DNA of 64,000 nt from Candidatus Cloacimonadales bacterium (GTDB lineage: Bacteria > Cloacimonadota > Cloacimonadia > Cloacimonadales > JAFGVF01): positions 1,760,001-1,824,000 of the forward strand of contig OY759729.1 in NCBI GenBank assembly GCA_963662585.1, written 5' to 3'. The notes beneath the pieces are model-generated. The model worked only from the letters and a program-made list of their open reading frames with translations, had not been told where the DNA came from and searched no databases. Shown piece by piece: positions 30,250-40,440 of the stretch. Made by a program: the position numbers and the translations under genes. Positions within the stretch are counted from its first letter, which is position 1, and each line of letters starts with the position of its first letter.

Positions 30250-31243
30250 AATTTTATTAATTACAGGTGGTACAGGTTCATTTGGAAATGCTGTACTTAG
30301 AAGGTTTGTAAATTCTGATTTGAAAGAAATTAGAATATTTAGTCGAGATGAGAAGAAACAGGATGATCTAAGAAAAAAAGTTAATAATCCTAAGGTCAAA
30401 TTCTATATAGGGGATGTTAGAGATATTGAATCTGTAAACACAGTAATGAAAGGTGTGGATTATGTCTTTCATGCTGCTGCTCTTAAGCAAGTCCCATCTT
30501 GTGAGTTTTTCCCAATTGAAGCAGTGAAAACTAATATTTTAGGTTCTAATAATGTTATGCAGTCAGCTATGCTTAATGGAGTAAAGAAGCTAATTGTTCT
30601 AAGTACAGATAAAGCTGTATATCCTATCAACGCAATGGGTATTTCTAAAGCTATGATGGAATTGGTTATGGTTGCTAACTCCCGTAATGGAGGGGAAGAG
30701 ACAACTTTCTGTGGAACCCGTTATGGTAATGTAATGGCTTCTCGTGGTTCGGTTATTCCTCTTTTTGTTGAGCAAATCAAAGCTGGTAAGCCACTTACTA
30801 TTACAGATCCTAATATGACACGCTTTATGATGACCTTGGACGATGCTGTCGATTTGGTTATGTTTGCTTTTGAACATGGAAATCAAGGGGACAGATTTGT
30901 TCAAAAAGCTCCAGCTTGCACAATTGAAGTATTAGCTAAAGCACTAAAAGAATTATATAAATCAGATAGTGAAATTAAACTTATTGGTACCAGACATGGA
31001 GAAAAATTATTTGAATCTTTAGTAAATCGTGAAGAGATGCTTAAAGCAGAAGACCTCGGAAGGTACTATCGCATCCCGGCTGATACAAGAGATTTAAACT
31101 ATAATCGCTATTTCTCAGAAGGGGATAATAAGATAGAAGAGATAGTAGAATATACTTCGCATAATACGCATCGGATGGATGTGGAAGAGACTAAGGAGCT
31201 CTTGCTGAAATTAGATTTTATCCGAGAGGATCTCGGGATTTAA
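30233..31243 (+). CDS. fnlA: UDP-GlcNAc 4,6-dehydratase/5-epimerase (FnlA/CapE/WbjB)
   Basis: TGGTGSFGNAV, SRDEKKQDD.R, AALKQVPSCEF, YGNVMASRGSVIP, YTSHNT. Confidence 0.95.
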   Translation: MMFKNKILLITGGTGSFGNAVLRRFVNSDLKEIRIFSRDEKKQDDLRKKVNNPKVKFYIGDVRDIESVNTVMKGVDYVFHAAALKQVPSCEFFPIEAVKTNILGSNNVMQSAMLNGVKKLIVLSTDKAVYPINAMGISKAMMELVMVANSRNGGEETTFCGTRYGNVMASRGSVIPLFVEQIKAGKPLTITDPNMTRFMMTLDDAVDLVMFAFEHGNQGDRFVQKAPACTIEVLAKALKELYKSDSEIKLIGTRHGEKLFESLVNREEMLKAEDLGRYYRIPADTRDLNYNRYFSEGDNKIEEIVEYTSHNTHRMDVEETKELLLKLDFIREDLGI

Positions 31244-31247
31244 GATT

Positions 31248-31478
31248 TTTAGCCACAAATAACACGAATAAACACAAATATGAAAGAAGATTTTTAGCCA
31301 CGGATATCACAGATAAACACAAATAAGAAATAAAACAAAAAAATAGTAAAATTTTGTTACTTACAATAAAATTTAGGAAAAAATGTAGAAAAGATAGCAA
31401 CATAGATAATTAATTTAATTAATACTCTATAATATTATTGCATTTTATTTGTGTAGATTTGTGTTATTTGTGGCCAAA
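31248..31478 (+). mobile_element. Gene-less cassette: two left CAC-type arms (31248-31280, 31293-31326), AT-rich spacer, one right arm (31445-31478)
   Basis: tttagccacaaataacacgaataaacacaaata pairs with tatttgtgtagatttgtgttatttgtggccaaa (29/33); lies between fnlA and fnlB. Confidence 0.6.
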
Positions 31479-31498
31479 CAAAAAGAAAAGGTTTTAAG

Positions 31499-32605
31499 AT
31501 GAAGATAGGTATTACAGGCCAGACTGGATTTATAGGCACTCACCTCTACAACAACTTGGGGTTAGATGATTCTTTTGAAAGGATACCCTTTGCTGATGAG
31601 TTTTTTCAAAGTGAAGAGGATTTAGATAAATTTGTAGCTCAATGTGATGTGATAGTGCATTTGGCTGCGATGAACAGACACAATGATCCTCAAGTATTAT
31701 ATAAAGCAAATATTGAATTAGTAGAAAAGCTGATTAATAGTGTGAAAAGATGTGGTACAAAGCCTCATATAATTATGTCTTCCTCAACTCAAGAAGAAAG
31801 AGATAATCTTTATGGTAAATCTAAAAGAGAAGGACGCGAGAAATTTGTTGAATTTGCTAAAGTAGGTGGATGTTTCTTCACAGGATTAGTAATTCCAAAT
31901 GTCTATGGTCCTTTTGGAAATCCTTTCTATAACTCTGTTACTTCAACTTTTTCTCATCTAATTGCGAATGGGAAAGATGTAAATATTGAGATTGATGCTG
32001 AATTAGAGATGATTTATGTGCAAGACCTTAGCCAAGAGATTATTAAAGCAATTAATGAAAAGAAATATTCTGATGAATTAAGATTAGGATATACTGGTAA
32101 GTGTAAGGTGTCTGAATTAAGAGATAAAATTCAAGAATTTCATAATTTATACTCCCAAGGTGTAATCCCTAAGTTTAGCAATAGATTTGAATTAACTTTA
32201 TTCAATACCTATCGATGCTACCTTCCTAAAGAACATTTTCCTGTTTTATACACGAAACATAGTGATAATCGAGGATCTTTTGTAGAAATTATCAAAAGTA
32301 ATGGAGAGGGGCAGTTCTCTTTCTCAACTACGAAACCTGGAATTACTAGAGGGAATCATTTCCATACTAGAAAAATAGAAAGATTCGCTGTGATATCAGG
32401 AAAGGCTTCTATTAAGCTTAGAAAAATCGGAACTAATGAGGTAATTGAATATATTGTGGATGGTTCAGAACCAGGATTTGTGGATATGCCTATCTGGTTT
32501 ACTCATAATATAACTAATATTGGGGATGATGAACTTATTACGCTCTTTTGGATTAATGAATTTTATGACCAGGAAGATCCCGATACCTTCTATGAAGAAG
32601 TCTGA
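31499..32605 (+). CDS. fnlB: FnlB/CapF/WbjC reductase with C-terminal cupin
   Basis: TG..GFIG, HLAAMNR, PFYNS, D.RGSF.E, PGITRGNHFH..K.E.F.V, PDT.YEEV. Confidence 0.92.
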   Translation: MKIGITGQTGFIGTHLYNNLGLDDSFERIPFADEFFQSEEDLDKFVAQCDVIVHLAAMNRHNDPQVLYKANIELVEKLINSVKRCGTKPHIIMSSSTQEERDNLYGKSKREGREKFVEFAKVGGCFFTGLVIPNVYGPFGNPFYNSVTSTFSHLIANGKDVNIEIDAELEMIYVQDLSQEIIKAINEKKYSDELRLGYTGKCKVSELRDKIQEFHNLYSQGVIPKFSNRFELTLFNTYRCYLPKEHFPVLYTKHSDNRGSFVEIIKSNGEGQFSFSTTKPGITRGNHFHTRKIERFAVISGKASIKLRKIGTNEVIEYIVDGSEPGFVDMPIWFTHNITNIGDDELITLFWINEFYDQEDPDTFYEEV

Positions 32606-32609
32606 GATT

Positions 32610-33281
32610 TTTTAGCCACGGATAACACAGAAAAACACTGATAAGAGAAGAAAAAAAATTATAAAAGTAAGATAATAGTTATTAAAAACATATTGTACTC
32701 GCTATTAACTTTAAAAATAATAATGAAATTACAAGATGTTTATTCTATTGATATTGTTGTATTAATCCGTGTTATTCGTGGCTAAGAAAAAGAGGAAGTT
32801 ATGTTATTTGAACAGGAGTTATCAGACAAGGTTTTGGGGTGTGCATTTGAAGTATATAATACTTTAGGTAATGGTTTTTTAGAAAAGATTTATGAAAAAG
32901 CTTTACTAATAGAATTAGAAAGTAAAAATATTAAAGCTGAATCACAAAAAGAGATAAAAGTATATTATAAAAATAATTTAGTAGGTGAATATTTAGCAGA
33001 TATTATAGTTGAAGGTAAAATAATACTTGAGTAAAATCTTGTTCAACTATCAACGATGCACATTTAGCTCAACTAATTAATTATCTTACCGCAACAGGAA
33101 TTAAAATAGGTTACATACTAAATTTTGGTAAGTTTGGATCACTGCAATTTAAGCGGGTAGTAAAATAAAACAAGAAAAGTTAAAAGCACACTGCGCATAA
33201 CAGAAAAGCGGATTTTAGTATTTGACTAACAACAAAGCAATATTTCTTATCCGTGTTCATCAGTGTTATCCGTGGCTAAAA
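32610..33281 (+). mobile_element. GxxExxY cassette with left arm 32610-32646 and two alternative right arms (32765-32785, 33245-33281)
   Basis: ttttagccacggataacacagaaaaacactgataaga vs reverse complement of tcttatccgtgttcatcagtgttatccgtggctaaaa (33/37); lies between fnlB and fnlC. Confidence 0.65.
32801..33168 (+). pseudogene. Frameshifted GxxExxY protein
   Basis: GNGFLEKIY..ADIIVEGKIILE then TAA at 33032-33034; shifted frame continues KSCSTINDAHLAQLINYLTATGIKIGYILNFG...KRVVK* to 33168, consistent with a 1-nt loss at GAG T[T]A AAA. Confidence 0.85.
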
Positions 33282-33294
33282 GAAAGGACAAAAC

Positions 33295-34413
33295 ATGAAA
33301 AAACTCAAGGTTATTACTATCGTTGGAACGAGACCGGAGATTATCCGTCTCTCCGAAGTAATGAAACTATTAGATAAATATACAGAGCACATAACTGTTC
33401 ATACTGGACAGAACTACGATTATGAACTAAATGAAATATTTTATCAAGATTTAGATTTAAGGAAACCTGATTATTACCTAGGTGTTGATACTTCTTCTTT
33501 AGGTAAAGTCTTAGGTGAAACTTTGATTAAGGTGGAAGAAGTATTTCTTAAAGAAAAACCAGATGCGGTTTTAATTTTGGGTGATACTAATGCTTCTATA
33601 GCTGGGATTATTGCTAAAAGAATGAAGATTCCTATCTTTCATATGGAAGCAGGAAATAGATCTTTTGATTTTAATGTTCCAGAAGAAATTAATAGAAGAA
33701 TTATTGATCATGTTGCAGATTTTAACTTAGTCTATACTGAAAATTCTCGTAGACACCTCTTATCAGAAGGATTACCTCACAGGCATATTTATGTTACAGG
33801 TTCTCCTATGTACGAAGTGCTTCATAAAAATATGGATAAAATAAAAGATTCCAAAATTTTAGAGGAGTTAGGCTTAAAAGAGAAAGAATACTTTATTGTC
33901 TCAACTCACAGAGAAGAGAATGTTGATAATCCTGAAAATCTTAGAGAAATTTTAGATACTCTTAATATGATTGCTGAGACTTACAATGTACCGGTTGTGG
34001 TTTCAACCCATCCTCGTACCAAAAAGAGATTAGAGATGTTAGGGCAAGTGAAAATAGATGAAAGGATTCAGATTCTAAAACCGTTTGGTTTTTTTGATTA
34101 TAACAAGCTCCAAATGCATGCTATTTGTGCTATTTCAGACAGTGGAACTATAAGTGAAGAGTCTTCAATGCTTAAGTTTCCAGCCGTAACTATTAGAAAC
34201 TCTCTGGAAAGACCAGAGGCTATGGACTATGGCTCAATTATCTTAACAGGTTTGAAAGCAGATATTGTTTTAAATGCAATTAAAATAGCAGTTGAAGAAC
34301 CAATTGATTTCAAAAAATGCCCAGAATATGAAGTAGATAATACTTCTTATAGGGTATTGAAAATTATTACGGGATTAAGTGGATTGAGAAATAGGTGGAT
34401 AGGACTAGTATGA
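33295..34413 (+). CDS. fnlC: UDP-N-acetylhexosamine 2-epimerase, FnlC/CapG/WbjD type
   Basis: VGTRPEIIRLS, HTGQNYDYELN, HMEAGNR.FD..VPEEINR, SDSGTISEE; follows fnlA-fnlB. Confidence 0.92.
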   Translation: MKKLKVITIVGTRPEIIRLSEVMKLLDKYTEHITVHTGQNYDYELNEIFYQDLDLRKPDYYLGVDTSSLGKVLGETLIKVEEVFLKEKPDAVLILGDTNASIAGIIAKRMKIPIFHMEAGNRSFDFNVPEEINRRIIDHVADFNLVYTENSRRHLLSEGLPHRHIYVTGSPMYEVLHKNMDKIKDSKILEELGLKEKEYFIVSTHREENVDNPENLREILDTLNMIAETYNVPVVVSTHPRTKKRLEMLGQVKIDERIQILKPFGFFDYNKLQMHAICAISDSGTISEESSMLKFPAVTIRNSLERPEAMDYGSIILTGLKADIVLNAIKIAVEEPIDFKKCPEYEVDNTSYRVLKIITGLSGLRNRWIGLV

Positions 34414-35597
34414 GGATATTTTTGATAACAGGCCACCAATATCCTGCTGGTAAAGCAGCCACAAATCGTATTAGATCTTATTTAGAAGTTCTTGTTCAAC
34501 TGGGTCATGATGTTAATGTGTTAATTTACAGGTCTTCAGAGATTAGTGAAAATATTCAAAATAAGTTTAGAGGCAAGCTTAATGGAGTTCATTATTCAAC
34601 TAGTGCAAATTCAGTTATTAAAAAAAAAAATCCTATTTTAGCTAGAATAACTTGGATTTATAGTTATATCAATGCTTTAAAAATATTGAAAGATGAAAAT
34701 AAAAAAAAACATATCGACATAATAATCCAAGGCAGTTCTAAAAGTTCAATTATTCCTTTTGTATATTTGATTTCAAGGGTTATGGGAACCAAATATATTT
34801 TAGAAAATAGTGAGTATCCATGGTTTATATTAAAAAAAAAAGTAAGCAATTTTCTGTATAAACCATTATATCTATATATATATTATCGATTATTTGATGG
34901 GTTTTTCCTAATGACGCAAAGTTTAATAGAATATCACAAAAAATACTGTAAGAATACGGCCACAATGTTGCATATGCCGATGACAGTTGATTATGATAGA
35001 TTTAATATTAATATTGAAAAAGAAAATCTAATCACTTATGTTGGTAATAAGAGTTTTTTCAAAGATGGTGTAGATATATTGATTAAATCATTTGCAAATG
35101 TTTCGCCAGAATATCCTAAATGGAAGCTTATGATAGTTGGTGAAACAACAAAAGATGATTATATCAAAGATTATTTTAGTGAGCTCAATCTTAGTGAAAA
35201 ACTAATTTTAACAGGAAATGTTCATAGAGATGAAATTCCTGCACTTGTTTGCAAATCAAAAATATTAGCACTGTCCCGACCAAATAACAAACAGGCTGAA
35301 GGTGGATTCCCTACAAAACTTGGTGAATATTTAGCTTCAGGAAATCTTGTTATTGCGACTTCTGTTGGAGAAATTCCAAATTATTTGAAAGATAATGTAA
35401 ATGCCTTGTTAGCATTTCCTAATGATATTGATAGTTTTTCCAACAGGTTAAGAGATGGAATGCAAAATTATGCCGAATTATCAGAAGTGAGAAAGAAGGG
35501 TAGAATTCTTGCAAAAGAGGTTTTTAACGCTAGAACTCAAGGAAAACGACTTTCAGAATTTTTAATGAGTTTCTTCAACCATAAGGAATTAATATGA
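34410..35597 (+). CDS. Glycosyltransferase family 4
   Basis: KDGVD.LI, RP..KQAEGGFPTKLGEYLA.G; ATGA overlap with fnlC stop. Confidence 0.85.
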   Translation: MRIFLITGHQYPAGKAATNRIRSYLEVLVQLGHDVNVLIYRSSEISENIQNKFRGKLNGVHYSTSANSVIKKKNPILARITWIYSYINALKILKDENKKKHIDIIIQGSSKSSIIPFVYLISRVMGTKYILENSEYPWFILKKKVSNFLYKPLYLYIYYRLFDGFFLMTQSLIEYHKKYCKNTATMLHMPMTVDYDRFNINIEKENLITYVGNKSFFKDGVDILIKSFANVSPEYPKWKLMIVGETTKDDYIKDYFSELNLSEKLILTGNVHRDEIPALVCKSKILALSRPNNKQAEGGFPTKLGEYLASGNLVIATSVGEIPNYLKDNVNALLAFPNDIDSFSNRLRDGMQNYAELSEVRKKGRILAKEVFNARTQGKRLSEFLMSFFNHKELI

Positions 35598-36910
35598 ATA
35601 AAACTAAACTAATCGATTTGATATCAGGAAAAAATGTTTTCAAATACTATGAACTTTACAAAAAAACTCAATGGTTTTCTAAGGAAGAAATGGAAGAATT
35701 CCAATTAAAAAAATTACAAGCTCTTGTAAATCATTGTTTTGTTAATGTACCATATTATACTGAAATTATGAAAAACAATAGCATCATCCCATCAGACATT
35801 AAAAGTATAAAAGATTTAGAAAAATTCCCAATATTGACTAAAGAGATTATTCAAGAAAATTACGAAAAGTTTTATCCTCTTAATTTAAATAAAATTAAGG
35901 GGGTAAAAACCAGTCAAACCTCAGGTACAACAGGTAGTGTTTTATATAAGAGAAATGATGCAAACACTAGAAGCTCTGTCTGGGGATCATATAAAAGATT
36001 TTATGACTGGATGGGAATAAATGAAAAAGACAAAAATTTTTTATATATGAGTGAAAGTCTTTTAAAGGTAGGAAAAAAGAAAAAAATCTCAAAATATATT
36101 AGTCATAAGTTAAAAAACACTATTTCCATAAGTCCTCATGATACGAGCAAAGCAACATTCGATAAAATAATTTCTATCTTAAATAATAAAAACATCCAAT
36201 TTATAAGATGTTATCCTCAAGCTTTATATACATTAGCATTAAAATTGAAAGAACATGGGCATAGATTTTCACTAAAAGCAATCATGACAACAGCTGAACC
36301 ATTGACGATTCAACATAGAGAACTATTTAAAGAGGTTTTTAATGCAGACTGTTTTGATCAATATGGTTCTGGAGAGATAGGTGGTCTTGCCTATGAGTGT
36401 TCTGAACATTGTGGATTGCACATAACTGAAGAAAGAGTCATCATAGAGAGTAATGAAAAGAATGAATTATTGATTACAGATCTAGATAATTATTCTATGC
36501 CATTTATTAGATATTGGAATGCTGATCAGGCTATTATTTCGGAAAAAAAATGTGCATGCGGACGAGAAGGTAAAATGATAGAACGGGTGTTAGGAAGAAC
36601 TTGTGATTGTTTAGTTGGAGTTAACGATATAGTTGTGCATTGGGGTTTTTTTTGGCAGTTGCTGATGTATGATACAAAAATTGCTACAAAGAGAAATTTT
36701 AAAAAATTTCAATTAATTCAAAAAACTAAGGATCACTTAGTGTTTAGAATAGTTGGTGAATTTTTATCTAAAGAAGAAGAGTCTCAGATAATTTCGATAA
36801 CAAGAAAGAAATTAGGAGATATGAAAATTGATTTTATTTATGAAGAAGATATTGAAAATTCAATATCAGGTAAGTATAGAACTTTTATAAATGAAACAAT
36901 TTTGAGATAA
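35594..36910 (+). CDS. CapK-like adenylate-forming enzyme
   Basis: TSGTTG, DQYGSGE, MPFIRY, GRT.D, SGKYR. Confidence 0.85.
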   Translation: MNKTKLIDLISGKNVFKYYELYKKTQWFSKEEMEEFQLKKLQALVNHCFVNVPYYTEIMKNNSIIPSDIKSIKDLEKFPILTKEIIQENYEKFYPLNLNKIKGVKTSQTSGTTGSVLYKRNDANTRSSVWGSYKRFYDWMGINEKDKNFLYMSESLLKVGKKKKISKYISHKLKNTISISPHDTSKATFDKIISILNNKNIQFIRCYPQALYTLALKLKEHGHRFSLKAIMTTAEPLTIQHRELFKEVFNADCFDQYGSGEIGGLAYECSEHCGLHITEERVIIESNEKNELLITDLDNYSMPFIRYWNADQAIISEKKCACGREGKMIERVLGRTCDCLVGVNDIVVHWGFFWQLLMYDTKIATKRNFKKFQLIQKTKDHLVFRIVGEFLSKEEESQIISITRKKLGDMKIDFIYEEDIENSISGKYRTFINETILR

Positions 36911-36917
36911 GGATAAT

Positions 36918-37985
36918 ATGAAAAAAATAATTATATTAGCATCAGCAGAAATGGGAACAGGAACTACTGAAGCAAAATTTGTTCCAATTATTAATACTCA
37001 AAAAATTTCTAAAATATATGTATTGCGAAAGAGCAAAGGTATAGAAATAAATGGTGTAGAGTACTTAGTAGTACCTAAACTTTTCAGAGGGAAAATTAGT
37101 GGGTTAATTTTTAGACCTTTATTGCTACTGTATTATGCTTTAAAGCTCAAGCCTGGAATCTTGCTTGCTTATCACTTGATTCCTCATTTATTCTTCGTTG
37201 CTATTGTAGGCTATCTCTGTAAAATACCCTATATCATAGGTCAAACTGGTCTAAGTATTCAAGAAAAAAATACAAATAATAAAGTACTTAGGTTTTTTAT
37301 ACTTAAAGCACTGAAGCATGCTTCATATTTGAATGTTCCAGGCACTAAATCATATGAGTTCTGGAAAGAATTAGGTGTCAGTGAAAAAAAAATCAATTTA
37401 CTTCATAGCACAATTGATACTGATAAGTTTCATTTTCAAAATAGTCAAAAAAAATACGATTTTATAGTTCTTGGTGGACTTTGTAAAGGAAAGCGTATAG
37501 ATTTAATAATCAATATTTTATATAAATTAAAAGAAGAAGGGCATCCTTATAAAGCTGTTATAGTAGGAGATGGAGAGGAGAGAGTTAATCTCTTGAACCA
37601 AGTTAAAAAGCTAAATTTATCTAATCATATAGAGTTTGTAGGTTTTCAAAAAAATACAGCTAACTGGTTTAATAGCTCCAAATATTTTCTTATGCATTCT
37701 GAAAGCGAAGGTCTTCCCACAGCTTTAATGCAAGCTATGGCTTGCCATTTAATACCTATAGTTACTAATGTGGGTAATATTCCTGATTTGGTAAACCCTA
37801 ACAATGGATTTTTAATTGAATTTGGAGATGAAGAGTCTTACAGGAAAAGTTTAATAACTCTATTAAAGGCAGATATCAAGTCGTTAACATCTCTTCAATT
37901 ATCAGGTCGTTCAGAAATTGAGCAAAAGCATTCTTATAAATATGCAACACATAAATGGATTAAACTAATTGAAGATATTAAATAA
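36918..37985 (+). CDS. Glycosyltransferase family 4
   Basis: KRID, VGDGEE, S.SEGLP.ALMQAMAC, TNVG.IPD. Confidence 0.88.
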   Translation: MKKIIILASAEMGTGTTEAKFVPIINTQKISKIYVLRKSKGIEINGVEYLVVPKLFRGKISGLIFRPLLLLYYALKLKPGILLAYHLIPHLFFVAIVGYLCKIPYIIGQTGLSIQEKNTNNKVLRFFILKALKHASYLNVPGTKSYEFWKELGVSEKKINLLHSTIDTDKFHFQNSQKKYDFIVLGGLCKGKRIDLIINILYKLKEEGHPYKAVIVGDGEERVNLLNQVKKLNLSNHIEFVGFQKNTANWFNSSKYFLMHSESEGLPTALMQAMACHLIPIVTNVGNIPDLVNPNNGFLIEFGDEESYRKSLITLLKADIKSLTSLQLSGRSEIEQKHSYKYATHKWIKLIEDIK

Positions 37986-38093
37986 GTTTGGACTATATTA
38001 TGGATTTATATTATAAGTTAAAAAGTTTTAAATAATGTAATAAAGATGATTTTATTAAGTCAATGCAACAGATATTGGAAGGAGATTGTATTA

Positions 38094-39452
38094 ATGAGTT
38101 TCAATAATATTGTATCAGAAAAATTTATTTTGCCATTAAGCGATTTATTGCTAGGTTTTTCAATTAACAAAGATCTGAAATTTCTTATGAAAAGCCAATG
38201 GTGGAGTAAAAAACAAATTGATGATTATCAAAATAAGAAGTTAAGAGAACTTATTCACCATGCATATACCAATGTTCCATATTATAAGGAAATGTTTGAT
38301 AAAATTGGACTAAAACCAGAAGACATTAAAACAAAAGAAGATTTACATAAAATTCCTATTACTACAAAATCAGATTTAAAAAAACATAAAGATAAGCATG
38401 TAGCTGTAAATATTTCTCCTAAAAATTTAATGTTTAGAAGTTCAAGTGGATCTACAGGAGAACCATTTCAATTTTATACCACAAAAAAAGCTGAATCATT
38501 TTCTAAGGCAACAACTATTAGGGGGTGGTATTGGATGGGATATAAGCTTGGTGATAAATATGTCAAACTTAGTATGAATCCCCGATCATCAAAAATAAAG
38601 AAACTCCAAGACAAAATTAATAATTGTTTGTATTTGTCCGTAAATCAATTGTCACCTAAAGAGATTGTTAAGATTGGAAAAGCTATAAGTAATTTCAACC
38701 CTAAATTTATTCGTGGGTACCCTGTTCCTCTCTATTCGCTTGCAAAGGCTATTAAAGATGTGGGAGGATATTCAAAAAGTTCTTTAAGAGGAATAAATAC
38801 TACCGGTAGTTCTTTGCGTGAAAATGTTCGTGACGAGATAGAATCTGTATTTCAAAGCAAAATTTATGATGCTTATAGTTGCGAAGGTGGTTCATGTTTT
38901 CATCAATGTTCAGCAAGTAAATTCTATCATCCTGCTGAAGAATATGCTATTTCAGAATTTATTGAAGATGATTTCTCCAAATCAAACAATGAATATCCTT
39001 TAAGGCATATTACAACAGATCTGCATAATTTTGCTTCACCTTTTATTAGATATGATACCCAAGATTATATTATTTTAGAAGATAAAGATAGGTGTGAATG
39101 TGGAAGAAGTTTTATTAATGTTAAAAAAATATTGGGTAGAGATGGTGATATTTTGATTACTCCATCTGGGAAGTATTTAATTGTAGAAAATTTTGTTGCT
39201 TATTTTGAATGGATAGTTGGGATAGATCAAATACAAGTTATCCAAGAAAAAATAAATAAAATTACTATAAATATTATTATAAACAATGATTTTACTAAAA
39301 CAATTTTTAATACAGTTCAGGATTATTGGAAGACCTACATAGGAAATGATGTTGAAGTTAATCTCAAAATAGTTGATGATATAAGACTAACACCCACAGG
39401 CAAAAGAAGAACTGTTATTCGAAATGCGGACATAAAATTATATGATAATTAA
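38094..39452 (+). CDS. CapK-like adenylate-forming enzyme
   Basis: SSGSTGEP, YSCEG, PFIRY, GRDGD, TGKRR; SD AAGGAG before ATG 38094. Confidence 0.85.
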   Translation: MSFNNIVSEKFILPLSDLLLGFSINKDLKFLMKSQWWSKKQIDDYQNKKLRELIHHAYTNVPYYKEMFDKIGLKPEDIKTKEDLHKIPITTKSDLKKHKDKHVAVNISPKNLMFRSSSGSTGEPFQFYTTKKAESFSKATTIRGWYWMGYKLGDKYVKLSMNPRSSKIKKLQDKINNCLYLSVNQLSPKEIVKIGKAISNFNPKFIRGYPVPLYSLAKAIKDVGGYSKSSLRGINTTGSSLRENVRDEIESVFQSKIYDAYSCEGGSCFHQCSASKFYHPAEEYAISEFIEDDFSKSNNEYPLRHITTDLHNFASPFIRYDTQDYIILEDKDRCECGRSFINVKKILGRDGDILITPSGKYLIVENFVAYFEWIVGIDQIQVIQEKINKITINIIINNDFTKTIFNTVQDYWKTYIGNDVEVNLKIVDDIRLTPTGKRRTVIRNADIKLYDN

Positions 39453-40311
39453 ATCTCTTGTTAAAGGAATTTTATCTTACATTCCTGGTGTTTTAGAATA
39501 CAGCCATCATAATAGAAATAAAATGAGGCATAGTTGTGCTGATTCTCACTATAGCTATAATCTTTGGCTAACAATTTTTTTATTTTTAAAAGAAAATAAC
39601 GTAAATCCACATTTTGATACAATTGCTGAATTAGGAACAGGAGGTTCTTTAGGAGTGGCAAGTTGTTTTTTGTTATTAGGTGTAAAGCAATTTTACGCAT
39701 TAGAAGTAGAAGATGAATTCGATTTAGACAAAAATCTAAAAATATATGATGAACTGGTGAATCTTCTAAGGATACAAAGCCCTGCAACATCAAAATATAA
39801 AAATTTAAATTTTAGATTAATTGATTCAGCTTACCCTGAGGAACTGAAAAACTTAGAAATTCTTAAATCTGAGAATATTGAATCTGTAAGAAAGTCACTA
39901 TTATCTATAGGTCAGTCAGATAATCGGATAAAGATTATTTATGATTGGCACAATAAAGAAAAGATATCTTTAGATTTTATTTACTCAAGAGCTGTTATGG
40001 AACATGTTGATAATCCTCCAGAAGTTCATCTCAAGCTATATAACACTTTAAATGAAGGTGGTTATATATTGCATGATATCGAACTTCACTCACATGGAAT
40101 CACTAAGCAACCGCATGGTCACCTTAAGATTAATAAGTTTGTTTGGAAACTTATTAAAGGGAAAAGAAAATATTCATTGAATAGATTTACCATGGAAGAT
40201 CATCTTGATGCTATGAAAAATTGTGGGTTCAAAATTATCTCTCAAAATCCTGTATATCTTGAAAATTACTCCAAACATGCATATGGGGTTGTTATATTGG
40301 CAATGAAATAA
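39442..40311 (+). CDS. Class I SAM-dependent methyltransferase-like protein
   Basis: ELGTGGSLG, DFIYSRAVMEHV, L..GG...H.I. Confidence 0.75.
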   Translation: MIIKSLVKGILSYIPGVLEYSHHNRNKMRHSCADSHYSYNLWLTIFLFLKENNVNPHFDTIAELGTGGSLGVASCFLLLGVKQFYALEVEDEFDLDKNLKIYDELVNLLRIQSPATSKYKNLNFRLIDSAYPEELKNLEILKSENIESVRKSLLSIGQSDNRIKIIYDWHNKEKISLDFIYSRAVMEHVDNPPEVHLKLYNTLNEGGYILHDIELHSHGITKQPHGHLKINKFVWKLIKGKRKYSLNRFTMEDHLDAMKNCGFKIISQNPVYLENYSKHAYGVVILAMK

Positions 40312-40440
40312 ACTTTTATTTATGATGTCATAGATTAACTAAAGGTTTAGTTTGTACTAATGCTTAAGAGTGTAAAGTTTTCTTTGATGTATTTACTCTC
40401 ATGAAACCTAAAAACAAAAATTTTTTTATAAAGGACCAAA

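Noticed and set aside
31218..31403. 61-aa minus-strand ORF between fnlA and fnlB
   Set aside because: Antisense reading of the two CAC arms
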